Made by a program: the position numbers and the translations under genes. The notes under the pieces are model-generated. The model did not search any database and was not told where the DNA came from. It saw nothing but the letters and a program-made list of their open reading frames with translations. A stretch of DNA of 64,000 nt from Rhynchobatus australiae (Eukaryota). Below, one piece after another: positions 39,795-52,594 of this stretch (position 1 is the first letter of the stretch; the number at the start of each line of letters is the position of its first letter). Where the stretch lies: NCBI GenBank assembly GCA_034780895.1, contig JAUZTB010000070.1, positions 16,915,397-16,979,396 of the forward strand, written 5' to 3'.

Positions 39795-40084
39795 ATATGT
39801 CAGACTGGAACAAAGTAGATGAAGAGTCTAGAACTCAGGGTCATTCACTCTCACAGGATAAGAGTCTGGTCACTTCCACCTGAGATAAAGAGAAATTTCT
39901 TCACTAAGAGGGATATGAAGCTTTGGATTTCTCAACCCCAGATTTTTGGAAAGCAGAGGAATTCAGGAATCTGGAGATGGGTCAGAAATGAAGAGATGGT
40001 GTAAAAAAATAGTATGGTCTTACTGAATGGCAAAGCTGGCGCATGGTACATAAAGACCCATTCCTACTGCTTTTTCTTATGTTT
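39795..40084 (+). mobile_element. CR1 LINE 3' end
   Basis: gagtctagaactcagggtcattcactc...gagataaagagaaatttcttcactaagaggg...cctactgctttttcttatgtt. Confidence 0.65.
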
Positions 40085-41619
40085 ACTTTCATCACGTATT
40101 TTATTTTTCCAATAACCTTTTCCTCTTTGTCCATTGCCATCATCTTCATCTCTCTTTTGTCCTCTAACTTTTGTCCTTATCTTAATTTTCCTTTCTCCTT
40201 GTATTACTATTATATCCCACTAAACATCTTTCCTGCTCAGCAAATATAACAAATTCTTTTCTTAACTATTGGAAATTTGCATTAAAGTATATTCTTAGAC
40301 TACCTTAAAGTTGCAGTCTGGATAAGCAATCTGTTTAGAGCTAGCAGCTCAAAGCAGTGCAATGGCTTGGGACATACAATTAGTTTCACAACTTCTGCAT
40401 CATGTCAACTAACCCCATGTCACTCTGTGCAGTATTTAACAAGATTTTAAAATGCCACAAGGCAATTTAGCCTTCTGCCCAGCAACCTCCCAATGGAGAA
40501 GCAGGGGGTGAGGGCTGGAGGGGAAATGTGCTGTAGTTGTTAACATTTCAAGAATATATTGGTCAAAATGCAAGTGAATATTTGAATGAGATTAGCCTTT
40601 CATCATGAACCACCCATTATCCTAAATGAAATTATATTGATAGCGTATGCACATGCAAGGACCAAAACAGAAGTCAAACCATTATTGCCCCCAGAAGAAG
40701 ACCAAAGCATCCCAAGGTAATTTTTGCAGCACTTCATTCAATTGGAACATCCTACACAACGTATCTTGGTAAAAGAACTGAACAATTCTTCCATGAGTGG
40801 AGGGGAGAGTGATAATGATAGCAAGCAGAAGTGGATAGGGGGAAATTAAAAGCCAAGGAGAAAAATTAAAAAGGAAATGAGATTAAATGCAAGAGATGAA
40901 CAATGATCTCCTTTCAGACAATGAGCTTTTGCTTACATCTTGCTCAGGAGCCTGTGAGGTGTTAAAAGAGGCTCCACAAACACATCAAGCATTAACTTCA
41001 TTGTCAACAGGAAAGCAAATTGTGCAGGGATTCTGAACAGTCCAGATCTGACTGACGCTATAAATAGGACATGAGAAACTATCACGTTACATCCTGAACA
41101 GCTTGATGATTGTGACATTAACGGCCATACAATCCTCCCGCACACTCATTGCCATAATCAGACCAAATTTGAAACTGAAGTCTCCAGTCATTGAATATTA
41201 AATCCTGTTTGTTTGGAGAAGCAAATATTCTGCAAGTGTCACTAATATTTTCAAAAAAAATAGCTGTCAGACATGCATGGCTATGGTTCACTTTATTTGA
41301 TGCAATCATTATAAGATGCAGCACTAGAGTTTGAATAGAATGTTAGTTAGCCTGGAATAAATCAATTCCTGTGTTTGAACATGTATATGTAAAAAATCCT
41401 ACTCAATTTTCCTCATTCAAAGAAACTAGACTGTTTCAGCTTTGCAGATACTCTTCAAGTGTCAGTACATTATTCAAACTTAGCAATATCACTGAGTGAC
41501 ATCCTGTCCTGATCGCAATATCCAAGAGGTGTTGGGGATATTGTTAGAAGAACATTAAAGGGTAGCACCCAAACTGTTTTGTTTTTAAGTGCTAAATGGA
41601 ATTCCAGTTTTAACTCGTG

Positions 41620-42140
41620 GACTGTGAAATATAAAATTATGAAGGAACAATGAGCTGGCATACAACCAAAAATACGATGTCAGCTTGAGCTCCCTACTAT
41701 AGGATATTGAAACTTTAGGAAAAGAGCAATGAAAAGGTATGATGGTATAAAAAATACAAATGTGACAATCTACAATGGTAACATAACAAAAATGTTTAAA
41801 ATGAAAAGGATTGTGTAAATAGAAGATCTTTACTAACAGCTGAAGGGTCAAGAACAAAGATCCCATAGATGCAAGATTAAATGCAAAAGATTTACAGGAG
41901 GACTAGAGCAAATTCTTTTTACAACAGAATTCCATGCTTATGGCTAAGCCAGAAATTGCTTCAATTATGTCAATATTCAAGATTAGATTGTTTGCTTTGG
42001 TAAATGAATCATATAGGATTGAATAAATGTAGCAACAGGGTGGATAAACATGATAAGGCACTTTGCTTGTATGAGGGGTAAAAGTTGACATGGATTAGTG
42101 GGGCCAAATAGCCTGTTTCTATTCTGCAATTTCTATATGT
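41620..42140 (+). mobile_element. Old CR1 LINE 3' end
   Basis: gggtcaagaacaaaga...aaattctttttacaacaga...catggattagtggggccaaatagcctgtttctattctg. Confidence 0.55.
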
Positions 42141-43827
42141 TTGTTATACATAGTAAATCCACAAACTATTCTAACCCAATGTGATATCAAAAAATGGATT
42201 TTGATTTTTAAATCTACTGATTCAATATTTGAGTTATCAATCCCTTTTTTTGCTCACTGATTTATTAAAGCAACCAATATTTTAGCATTTTGCCTATTTA
42301 GAAACTTTCAGCAAAGGAGGTCAGCCAGTTATGTCACTAGCCAAACCCTGATTTTCCAAAGAAGAACTTTAAATTTCAAACTTTGGAAAATAAAATGCAT
42401 GAGCTTTAATAAGTGATTAATAATGTGGTTTCCAGAGGTTCCTTGTCCTAATGTTTATTTTCCTTATAAGTAGGNNNNNNNNNNNNNNNNNNNNNNNNNA
42501 AAGAGCTGTGTGTCTGGTCCTCACTTTTTGGCTGCAACCTTCAAAGTTTCTTGTCCTCATTTATTCAATTTCCCTTAAAAATTATCTATAGATTAAACTT
42601 CCACATGCTTTACAGGTCAAATGTGCCATATTCCAACAACTTGACAAAAAATTTCTTCTCACCTTCCCCTAGACATTTTTGGATATTATGAAGATCAGGA
42701 GGTGGACATCACATTGGTTTTGCCAAATCAATATCACATAAGTAAATGTTTCATGGCAAAATTTCCCAAATACACACAGATTTCTTGTTTCTGCTTTTGT
42801 CGCTATATTTTAACAAAAAGAATACCAATCCACACAGGTGAATTTGAGATAAATAACATTTGAAGGATTCTTTTAAACAAAAAAAACAAGGGCTCATCTT
42901 GAAAGGGCTAGCCATTTTATGAAACTGTAATTTTCCAGCAATATTACTGACTAAATCTATTCTTGAAAGATTAACACTGCCCATATCTAGATTACAAAGT
43001 CTATTTTCTTAGAATGCCTAGATACTGAATCAATTTGCATAACTAGCCATTTCCAACTCCACCCTATTCATCCACACAGGGTCAATCAGTCCTAGGAAAT
43101 ATTAAGTGTGCATTTATACTCTTGCACATTTAAATCTGTTGCAAATATTAGGGTTAAAAACTAAAGAGAATCATAACTTGCCTTGTAATCACAATCAGTA
43201 TCTTTACTGGAACTATCTGGAAAAACAAAATGTATTTGAAAAGGGAGAACATTGAGAGAGATCATAACAAAGGGCAGTATCATTTCATTTGAATCATATT
43301 GAATTACAGTTGGGACTTTACACATGCACACACAAACATTCGCCTACATGTGGAGGCGCAGTTCTTTTTTTCCCCCAATGGATAAGATTAAGCAGGCAGC
43401 CGTATTTGCAAAGCAAAGTGCTTCTGAAAAATAAACTTGGAATTTTGATGTTTAATCAAAATAATTTTCAGGGAGTTAGGCACATGGATTTTATTGTGAG
43501 TCAATGCCAAATAGATACTGGTTTATTTCAATTGCGACTTATTTCCTTATCACCCTTTCATTCAAAATAACTGCCATTTCCAAATAGGATGTACTTTGCA
43601 ATTTTAAAAAGGTAAAAATCTGAATAGTGACCCCGTTAATTTATCAGATTTCTAATGAAACCACTACATGGTTCAACTGCATATTTGACCAGGCACACAT
43701 AGGGATAGCAGGTCAAATACAAATAAGCAACAGTTTCCCAGAACTGACTCCTAGTTTGAAGTCCAAGTGTTTAGGCTGACAAACTTTATAGTTAATCTAT
43801 ATATCCTACTTAAACACAAAGGGATAA

Positions 43828-44134
43828 TAGAATCATAGAATCCTGCACATAGAAACGGGCCCTTTCAGTCCACTTCACCCATAACAACCATAATACCTAG
43901 TTCCACTTACCTGCATTCGGCCAGTATTCCTCTGCACCCTTCCTATCCAAGTCCTTGTCCAAATATCTTTTAGAAGTTGCTATTGTATCTACCCCTACCA
44001 CCTCCACTGGCTGCTCATTCCAGATATTCAGAACCCCTTTGTGTGAAAAAAGGGCTCAGATCTCCTTTAAATTTCTCCCCTCTGACAATGAAACTGTGCT
44101 CTCCTTTTCTAGACTGCCCTGTCCTGGGAAAAAG
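43828..44134 (-). mobile_element. CR1 LINE 3' end
   Basis: Begins with the reversed tail tagaatcatagaatc...gaaacgggccctttcagtccac. Inverted relative of ~48165-48483. Confidence 0.8.
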
Positions 44135-44571
44135 CCCATTTTTTGCCAGTTTGAGAGTAGTTAAGTGGAACAGAAAGAAATCTAAAGAACAAATATACTA
44201 GGTGTCCATTTGATATCATTTTGATCAACAAAGACTGATCAGGAAGTGTTTTGTCTTCTTCAAAAGTTATTAACTCCTAAAATTAACCAGCAAGATACAA
44301 TAGCATAATAGTTAAGTTACTGGATGAGCATTCAAAGGCCTGGACCACAAATTCACCACACCAACCAGGGGATTTAAATTTAAATTATAAAATAAATCTG
44401 GAATAAAAAAAACTACCATCAGCGTTGTTAAATTTGAAACTACCAGATTACAACAAAAAAAATCTGGCCACTAATATGTCAGCCTGACAGAGGAAATCTG
44501 TCAACTTGACAGAGTCTGGTCTAATTTTGATTCCAAACCCACCAATGTAGTTGACTCATGACCATCTACAG

Positions 44572-44990
44572 TATTTTTTATTCATTCAAGGGATGTGGGC
44601 TTCGCACTTAATTGCCTTGGAAAAGGTGGTGGTGAGCTGCTTTCTTGCATCACTGCAGTCCTTGAGGTGTGGGTTTACCCACAATGTTGTTACGGAGGAA
44701 GTTTTAAGATTTTGACCCAGAAATGGTGAAGGAAGGAACAGCAATACACTCCCAAATCAGGATGGTGTGTGGCTTGGAAGGCAACTTCCAGCTGGTGGTG
44801 TTCCTAAGCTTTTGTTGTCCTTGTCCTTCTAGCTGGCAGAGGTCACGAATGTGGAAGATGCTGTCGCAGGAGTCTTGATGAGTTGTCGCAATGCATCCTG
44901 TAAATGGTACAAACTGCTGCTACTGTACGTTGCTCGTGCAGTGAGTGAATGGTTGTGGAAGGGGTGCCTATCAAGCAGACTGCTATATTC
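44572..44990 (-). mobile_element. Non-LTR LINE 3' end (CR1/L2 group)
   Basis: Minus ORF reads AVCLIGTPSTTIHSLHEQRTVAAVCTIYRMHCDNSSRLLRQHLPHS, an RT-protein C-terminus, followed by a tail ending cacatcccttgaatgaataaaa. Confidence 0.75.
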
Positions 44991-45594
44991 CGTTTGGGGT
45001 AATTAGGGATGTCAGCTTTGCATACAATGTCCACATCCCTTTTACAAATAAACAGATTAAAAATATTACTTTTTTCCCCTTTCATCCTACTAATCTACTC
45101 AAAATATTTCTCTTATCAAGGAGCCCACAGATAAAGTCCACATTCCCAAATCAGAAGAAATTGAAATGATTAGATAAATAAAAATTAAACACCCATCTGG
45201 TATGGAAAGAAGTACGTTTGTGATGCAGGATTCAAATAATGTCCACATAAAAATGGCAAACTACAGCCCTCTCAGGTCATTCATACAATACAATATATAG
45301 AGCAATGCAAAACATACTGCACAGCTTGAAGTCCTAAAGCTGTCTCTTGGCAAGAACCAGGAGATTGATTAGTTAATTCATCTTGGTTAAAACCTAGATA
45401 AAAATTCCATACTGAATTAATAGGTCATCCTTTCCCTTGCCAAACTCCATCTCTTATTTAACTGTCGCGGCATTTCTCGTCTCTCCAAGCACAATTATGA
45501 CCAATGCTCCATTGCACTCTCTGTTTCATTTGCTAAACCATTCTTAACTCTGGTCGAGTCTCTGGAACCAGCTGACTCACAAAAATCTAGGCCA

Positions 45595-46020
45595 TCCATT
45601 GCCATGGAAAGGAGAGTAGCCAGCTAACAGAAAAGAGAGTCAGGATAAATGGATCATTTTTGAATTGGTAATCAGTAACTTGTCGGACGCCATGGGACCT
45701 CAACTAATTATAATCTATACTGATGACTTGAAGGACTGAGGACATTGCAGCTGAATTTGCTGATGACACAAAGATACGTGGGTTAGCAAATTGTGAGGAG
45801 AACGCAAAGATAATGCAAAGGAAGACAGACAGGTTAAATGAGTGGACAAGCATTTAGCCAATGTGGGAAAATCCAAGAATTATCCCCTTTAGAAGTAAAA
45901 ATTTAAAAAAAATTATTTAAATGGAGTGAGATTACAAATTATTACAGTACAAAGGGATCTGGTAGTCCCAGCACATGAAACATAAAATGTTAGCATGCAG
46001 GTACAACAAGTCAACAAGAT
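45595..46020 (+). mobile_element. CR1 LINE RT fragment
   Basis: Catalytic motif FADDTKI (tttgctgatgacacaaagata, 45756-45776), plus DRLNEW and QRDL remnants. Confidence 0.8.
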
Positions 46021-46734
46021 TAAATCCTTCAAGCTATTTGCAACATACAATCATTCATTTCTGGCAGTGTTAAAGAAAGTCTTCAAATAATTCTTACTGT
46101 GCTGAAAAGAGCCAAACCAAGATTAAAAACTTAGAGCTGTTCTACTTGACCNNNNNNNNNNNNNNNNNNNNNNNNNNNNNNNNNNNNNNNNNNNNNNNNN
46201 NNNNNNNNNNNNNNNNNNNNNNNNNNNNNNNNNNNNNNNNNNNNNNNNNNNTCTACTTGACCATGTATCACAAGCCCAGGGAAAAGTAGAACTTTGAAAT
46301 AATTAAAATCACTCATTCAGTCACTAATTCTGGGCCATATTGCTCATAAGGAATCCTAATATCGGGTGGTAAGAGACAAATGAGAGACAAACTTTCCAGG
46401 TAAGACTTAGCTTCTTTTGTTGTAACAATTCATGCTAGATGGCATCAAATAGCCAATTATCTTTCGTGACGATGAGTTCACACTCACCAATTCATCACTT
46501 CATTTCCTTCATCTAGGGCCTGGGACCATTGCAAGGAAATTACAAATAACAATTAATTACAGATCCTTCCAAAATATTAACAGCAACATCTTCCACAACT
46601 TCCCACAAATGGCTTCTGATCAAAGAAAGAACATTTACATCATGCCTTTTGCAATCTCAGGTGAACTTTGGAAGTGTAGCTACTGTTTTAACGTAGGAAG
46701 CATAGTAGAAACTTTATCAAGATGACAACATAAC

Positions 46735-46900
46735 CTTCTTGGGCAGTTCCTTGGGATCGAGAAAGACTTGCTTCTACTCTGGTTTCAAGGGTTCTGAGAA
46801 GACTAATAAGGGCAATGGTGGAACTGCAGACTCTTCCACAGATGGGCAGGCAGTGGCTGACAGAGTGGGCAGTTTGAGAGGGGGTAGGGTTCTTCTATCA
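46735..46900 (-). mobile_element. RTE LINE extreme 3' end
   Basis: Minus strand ICGRVCSSTIALISLLRTL, a decayed C2H2-like C-terminus, plus tail gaagcaagtctttctcgatcccaaggaactgccc. Confidence 0.6.
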
Positions 46901-46994
46901 CTTATACAGGACCTCTGTGTACTCCTGATGCAGGCCAAAGTTATCAATACCATCTCATATATTCCTTTCTTCATGATGTTGGTTTAGCTATCCA

Positions 46995-47312
46995 TGCAAA
47001 AGCTAAGCCTTCTAATTTCCACTTAACACCCTCAAATTCCACGCATCTCAGTTCATTTTCTGCTGGAACTCGTCATCTCTTTTGTGCCCTCATGATCAAT
47101 AATTCAAACACATCCCAAGCTGGCCTTCCTTGTTCTACTCTGATAAAACTGGTTCTCCAAAACTCTGCTTCTAACGCACTAGCCTCATTGGTCGCCTGTT
47201 ACCAGTTAAGCAAGAGCTCACATTTTAAAATGTATGTGGATAGATTTCATAACATTCCTGTGAAGCACCTTGAAACAGTTTTGCTTTTTTAAGAGGCACT
47301 ATGGAAATAATT
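46995..47312 (+). mobile_element. L2 LINE 3' fragment
   Basis: NNSNTSQAGLPCSTLIKLVLQNSASNAL resembles L2 DYSNALLAGLPSSTL.KL...QNSAARIL. Tail cctgtgaagcaccttgaaac...aagaggcactat. Confidence 0.65.
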
Positions 47313-47317
47313 GATGA

Positions 47318-47540
47318 TTGAGGGATAAGTATTGACTCAGATTCCAGGAAAAATGCCACACATTTTCTTGCCTGCGGCATCTGCTTACCCAAGGGATAGT
47401 TGAGTCCTTGATTTAATATCTCAACCAAAGGAAGGCAGCTCCAATAGTGCAGGAGTCAGTCTGAATTATGTATCCAAGTCTTTGGAGTGGGGTGCAAAGT
47501 CATGATCTTCTGATTCAGAAGAAGATGTGCTGAGCTACTA
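47318..47540 (-). mobile_element. Deu-domain SINE, decayed
   Basis: ttgagggataagtattg...tttaatatctcaaccaaaggaaggcagctccaatagtgcag...caagtctttggagtgggg...ttctgattcaga. Confidence 0.6.
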
Positions 47541-47874
47541 AATCATAGTTTATTCATTTACATCAATGGAGTATCCCTTGAACAAAAGGAGTCTCTCTAA
47601 TCTAGTGGCGATACACCAGGACGGAAAGAGGCATGAAATAATTCAATCATTGAATTAATTTAACCCAAATAATTTAACTTATTTTAAGTGAAAATTATAT
47701 TGTTCTTAAGCCACAGGGATAATGGAAACATTAAACCTCCCCAAATAACTAATCCTTGAATTTTTTTTTATTCATTAAATAGACAAGCAGGCATTGCTTC
47801 ATTTGTTGCCCATCACCAAACTTCCATGTACCGAATGACTTTCTAGACAATTTCAGAAAACAATTCAAAATCAA

Positions 47875-48483
47875 ATTTGAACACAAGAGTTGCAAAGTCA
47901 TGTTGCAGGTCTACAAAACATTGGTTAGACTCCGCTTAACAGTACTGTGTACAGTTCTTGTTGCCACACTACAGTGAGGATAAGATAGAATTAGAGAGAG
48001 TACAGAAGAGATTCACCAGTATGTTCCTGGTATGGAGGGCTGTAGTTATAAGGAGAGATGGGATAAACTGGCTTTATTCTCACTATAATGTAGGAGGCTG
48101 AGGGATGACCTTACAGAAGATTATAATAATTATGAAGGGCATAGACGGGATAGACAGTCAGAATCTTTTTCCCAGAGTAGGGTAATCCAGAACTAGAGAG
48201 CATAGGTTTAAATTGAGAGGGGAGAAATTTAAAGGATATCTGAGGGGTAGGTTGTTCCACCCAGAGGATGATGGCTATCTGGAACAAGGTGCCAAAGGTG
48301 GTGGTAAAGGCAGATACAATTATGTTTAAAAGGTGTTTGGACTGGTTCTCGGATCTAAAGACATGTTGGAAATACTGGCCTAATGTAGGCAAATGGGGTT
48401 AGCATAGACAAGCATCACAGTCGGCATGGATGAGGTGGGCTGAAAGGGCCCATTTCTGTGCTGTGCGTTTCTAGGATTCTGTG
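47875..48483 (+). mobile_element. CR1 LINE 3' ~600 bp (ORF2 C-terminus and 3' UTR)
   Basis: VMLQVYKTLVR...YCVQFLLPHY...LERVQKRFTSM...RRLRDDL. Tail gggctgaaagggcccatttctgtgctgtg. Confidence 0.88.
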
Positions 48484-49189
48484 AATACTATGGCCAGATT
48501 ATAGAAGGGTAGCAGAATGACTAGTGAAGTCAATGGGTTTCTAAACTACAAATTCGTATGATGGTTATCATTATTGATATTCCAGATATATTTAGTTAAC
48601 TGAATTTATTTCCCAGGTACAGCAAGTTTTCAATTCATGGCTCCAGATCAACAGTCCCAGAATATTTATGCTACAGTACACAGAAAATTAGCATTCCTAG
48701 CCTAGTGGAGATATATGGAACATAGTAACGCAGCTGTCATAAATACAGACCCTAAACTAGAAGTCACTATCTTTTTATGTACAACTTCCAGAATAAAGAA
48801 GAATTCACTCCTATAAATTGTGGAAATAGGCATCCCATCCCTGTTGTTAAAACTATTTATGCAACACACCTCAAAACAATTTCTTTTGAGCAGTCATAGA
48901 GCATCCACTGCTCTGGAACATTATTTCTTGGTTGAAACTTGAATCACTGTATGTTGTTTTAATGTAATCTGACATGCTGTTTTGACAGTGTGGTTCACCA
49001 CAAGCACATTTAATTAAATGGCCTGAGCTACCCTGACTGACTCATATGCTCTATGTAAAACAGAGACTGAACAAGCTTGATTTAGTGTTTCATCATGAGA
49101 CTTCAGTGATTGAATCCAAAATTACAAAATTTGAAGATGAACTAAATTTCAGCACCAATTAGTTTACTTTACCATACCGTCTGATTAGT

Positions 49190-49530
49190 TGAACACAGGA
49201 ATGGAAATAAACGATTTAGCCCCTCGTGTCTGTTCAGCCATTCAATGGCTGATTTATAATCTGATACCATCTTTTCCCAGTATCCCTTAACCAAAATTTA
49301 TTAATCTCAGATTTAAAATTAAACAAATGATGCAGCAATCGCCGACTGTGAGAAAATTCCAAATGGAAAAATGTTTACAAATTTCAGTCCTAACAGGACA
49401 TGCTCTAATTTTTAAGACTATGCTTTCTAGTCCTAGATCTTCCAATAGGTAGACATAACTTTTCTCTACCTACCAATCAATTCCTCTTATTAACTTGAAA
49501 ATTTCAATCAAATCAGCGTTTCATCTTCAC
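49190..49530 (-). mobile_element. Old CR1 LINE 3' end
   Basis: gaacacagga...tttagcccctcgtgtctgttcagccattcaatggctgat...ctctaatttttaagactatgc...tagtcctaga. Confidence 0.6.
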
Positions 49531-51729
49531 CATTTAACACTACCCTTATGCGTTATTCCTCCCTGCATTGTTCAGAATTTATTCCATGTTTATCTAAGGC
49601 CAGAAAATTCTTCGTATCCTCCCCACTCCTGAGATTTGTAGATAGACATTGCACTGTAACCAGAGTTAGTGTTACACCAGTATTTCTTTGCTTCCTTTGA
49701 ATGGAATCCTTAATACCCACCAAAGAGAAAGTGTGTGTACATTGACCATGTGAGTCTGTGCATGCATGGGTGGGCACAGGGAGAGGGGAAGGTGAATTGG
49801 AGCTCCCCCTGCATTCTTCTCATGGCTAGTGTCACCAAAAATAGACCAACTGGTCATTCAACCCATCCACGTGCTCACTAATACTAATAATACTAAGCAA
49901 GCAGTGGTAGTAATTATTCTTCAGTAAAACTCTGTAAATAAAATGACCAGCTTTTTTGTTTACATAACAGCTACTGCCCTTCTATGTAATTTTTATACAA
50001 GAAGCTTCTCGGGTATAAAATAGGACATAAAAAAATGAAAGTCATTTCTTTCATTTCCATGCAGGGTTCTGTTCACCCAGTGCAGACATTCTATTGTTCA
50101 TTTTCATGGTCTGTCATCAACAAATGGACATCTGTGAACCAACAATATCCTACACCAGGAAAATTGTTGTTCTGATGTGGTGGGGCTTAAGAACACTTGT
50201 TCAAAGAAAACAATTCCAGGCACCAATCCTTGACCATCTTCACCTTAAAATACTGCAATGCCTGAACAGCAACACCAATGAGATCCCAATGCCAAATTGT
50301 CAAAAACAGACCACATGAACAATATCCTCGGGAATGAAACAAAAACTAGGCCCTGGTGTCTCAGAGGCCATCAAAATTTACAAAAGCTCTTCCAGAGACA
50401 TCCAAGTTGCAACCTTTAAGTTTATATAACACATTCAAATCTGAGTGAATTAACCATATTTCAATTATTTTAATTTCCTGAAGTGTTCCCTTAATGGGTC
50501 CCAAAACTAAACTTTTCTTTAAATTACTGAATTAACAATACTGTTTAAAGAACTCTAAATCTGCTCAAGATCAGAAGCAAAAACCTTCATTCACCAAGAG
50601 CGCATGGTAACTAAAAGGAATCATGGTAACCTGGAATCAATGCCACCAACACTAAAAGCTGTTCAGAGTTTGAGAGAATGAAGAGTTGTGCTGGAAAGAC
50701 TGAAGTATGTAAATTTACAACCCAACAGCCAACTCACACCAGCTCATATTACATACTGCAATAGTGAAGCTGTCTCAGAGCCATGTTTTATGTCATCATC
50801 TGTTTATCAAAAGCAGGTTTAAAAAACAAAATATCTGAAACAATTTTTTAAAGAAAAACTTTCTTAACAAAAGCAGTTTCTCACAGCTTTGTGATTTTTT
50901 TTATCATGAGCTATTCTATGAATCTCCCTTCTCAGCATCCCCCAACCTGCAGCTCCACATTGATCAGAATACAGCCAAATTCTAAACATAGCGTGTTTAA
51001 TGAAGTTAAATTTGTTTTTAATTGGTTCTTCATATGTGTTTGAAATATTATGCAAACTTTCCATTTTTATTTGCTATCTTACACCAAGCTAAGCCAACAC
51101 AATTTGCATCTCTGCAAAGTTTCTGGCCTGACTCAGGAGCTGGGAACAGTTGGGGATGATCCACTTAACGCTGCTCAGTGTTGAGCTTCAGGATTTTAAC
51201 TCAGTGATAATGAATGAATTCTCCAACTTCTTAAAATATCTGGAAATGAAATGTTTATGATATTGTTTGACATATACAAATAACACTCATAACGAGTGGC
51301 ATCGTGGTCATTAAATGTGGTCTGACAGAGCACAATTGCTCCATATTTATAATTATATATGGTTAATATTTCAGTACATCACAATACTCAAACTTGAGGG
51401 GGACTTTAACACTAATGTTTGTTTCACACTGTGCAAACAAAGAGCTTTATCTTTTAAAAGTGACAACTAGGGAGTCTGGAATTACCCCCAAAGCATCCAC
51501 CAGATACACAAATTGAAACAGAAAAAAATGTTGTTGCTGTTTTGTTTTCTGGAAAAAAAAACAAATATAAGTGCCAATTCTTAGATGAGAGGTTACACTT
51601 TTAGATTTCATCTGACAGTTGTAGTGGTCAACTCAAAGCTGAAGCTCCCAGTAGACTTGTACAAAGAAGATGCAAGTCATGAGCAATGAATCCAACATTT
51701 TTCTCGTCAACCAACAACTACTGATGGAA

Positions 51730-51836
51730 AGGATAAGACATCTTTAATAGTCACATGTACATCGAAATACACAGTGAAATGCATCTTTTGCGTAAAGTGT
51801 TCTGGTGGCAGCTCACAAGTGTCGCCATGCTTCTGG
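51730..51836 (-). mobile_element. 3' tip of a young SINE/LINE tail
   Basis: ataagacatctttaatagtcacatgtacatcgaaatacacagtgaaatgcatcttttgcgtaaagtgttctgg...gtgtcgccatgcttctgg. CpGs are retained, suggesting youth. Confidence 0.5.
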
Positions 51837-51849
51837 TCTTTTGAAAGGC

Positions 51850-52078
51850 TGAAGAATTACTCCCTCTGCCCTGACCAGTTATTTGTTCCTCATCAACAAT
51901 CAACAAAACAAATATAGAGTCTTATATCACCATGCATTTTGAGGGAGCTTGGAACATGGAGACTGGTTTTTGCATTTCCTAAATTAAGTGACTACCTTCA
52001 AAAAACTTTTAACTGGTGTGTTTTTTGAAACAAAGTCAATTGTGAAAGGAATATTATAAATACAATATTTTCTTTTCC
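51850..52078 (+). mobile_element. 3' half of Deu-domain SINE
   Basis: ccctgaccagttattt...ttttgagggagcttg...gtgactaccttcaaaa...gtgaaaggaatattataaatacaa. Confidence 0.5.
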
Positions 52079-52594
52079 AATTAAAAACTGATTTGGTCAA
52101 TCACCTCTTTTATACTTGTGGGGTCGCGATTTGTAGTATTGTGATCTGCAAAAGATGTTTGTGCCTTTAAGATATCGTGCATATGTTTTGAAATGTTGAA
52201 ACATCATACAATTTCAAGTCCTTCTTCCATTAATACCTTCCTATCAATTGAAAAATTAGGATTTTAACAAAGGAATACTTACTGTCCATAATAATGAACT
52301 ACAGAAGCAGCCAAGTAATAGAGGGTACTAACTAACCATCTCCCCACAAAAAAAAGTCAGAAGGAAATTAAACAGGCAGCCAAAGGATCAGCTCTGAAAA
52401 CATTTAACCATATAACTTCTGGAGTTAATTAGTACTGATGACACAACATCNNNNNNNNNNNNNNNNNNNNNNNNNNNNNNNNNNNNNNNNNNNNNNNNNN
52501 NNNNNNNNNNNNNNNNNNNNNNNNNNNNNNNNNNNNNNNNNNNNNNNNNNACATCAGGTTCAAAGGTGCTGACAGCTGACACTGCAGATCAAGA

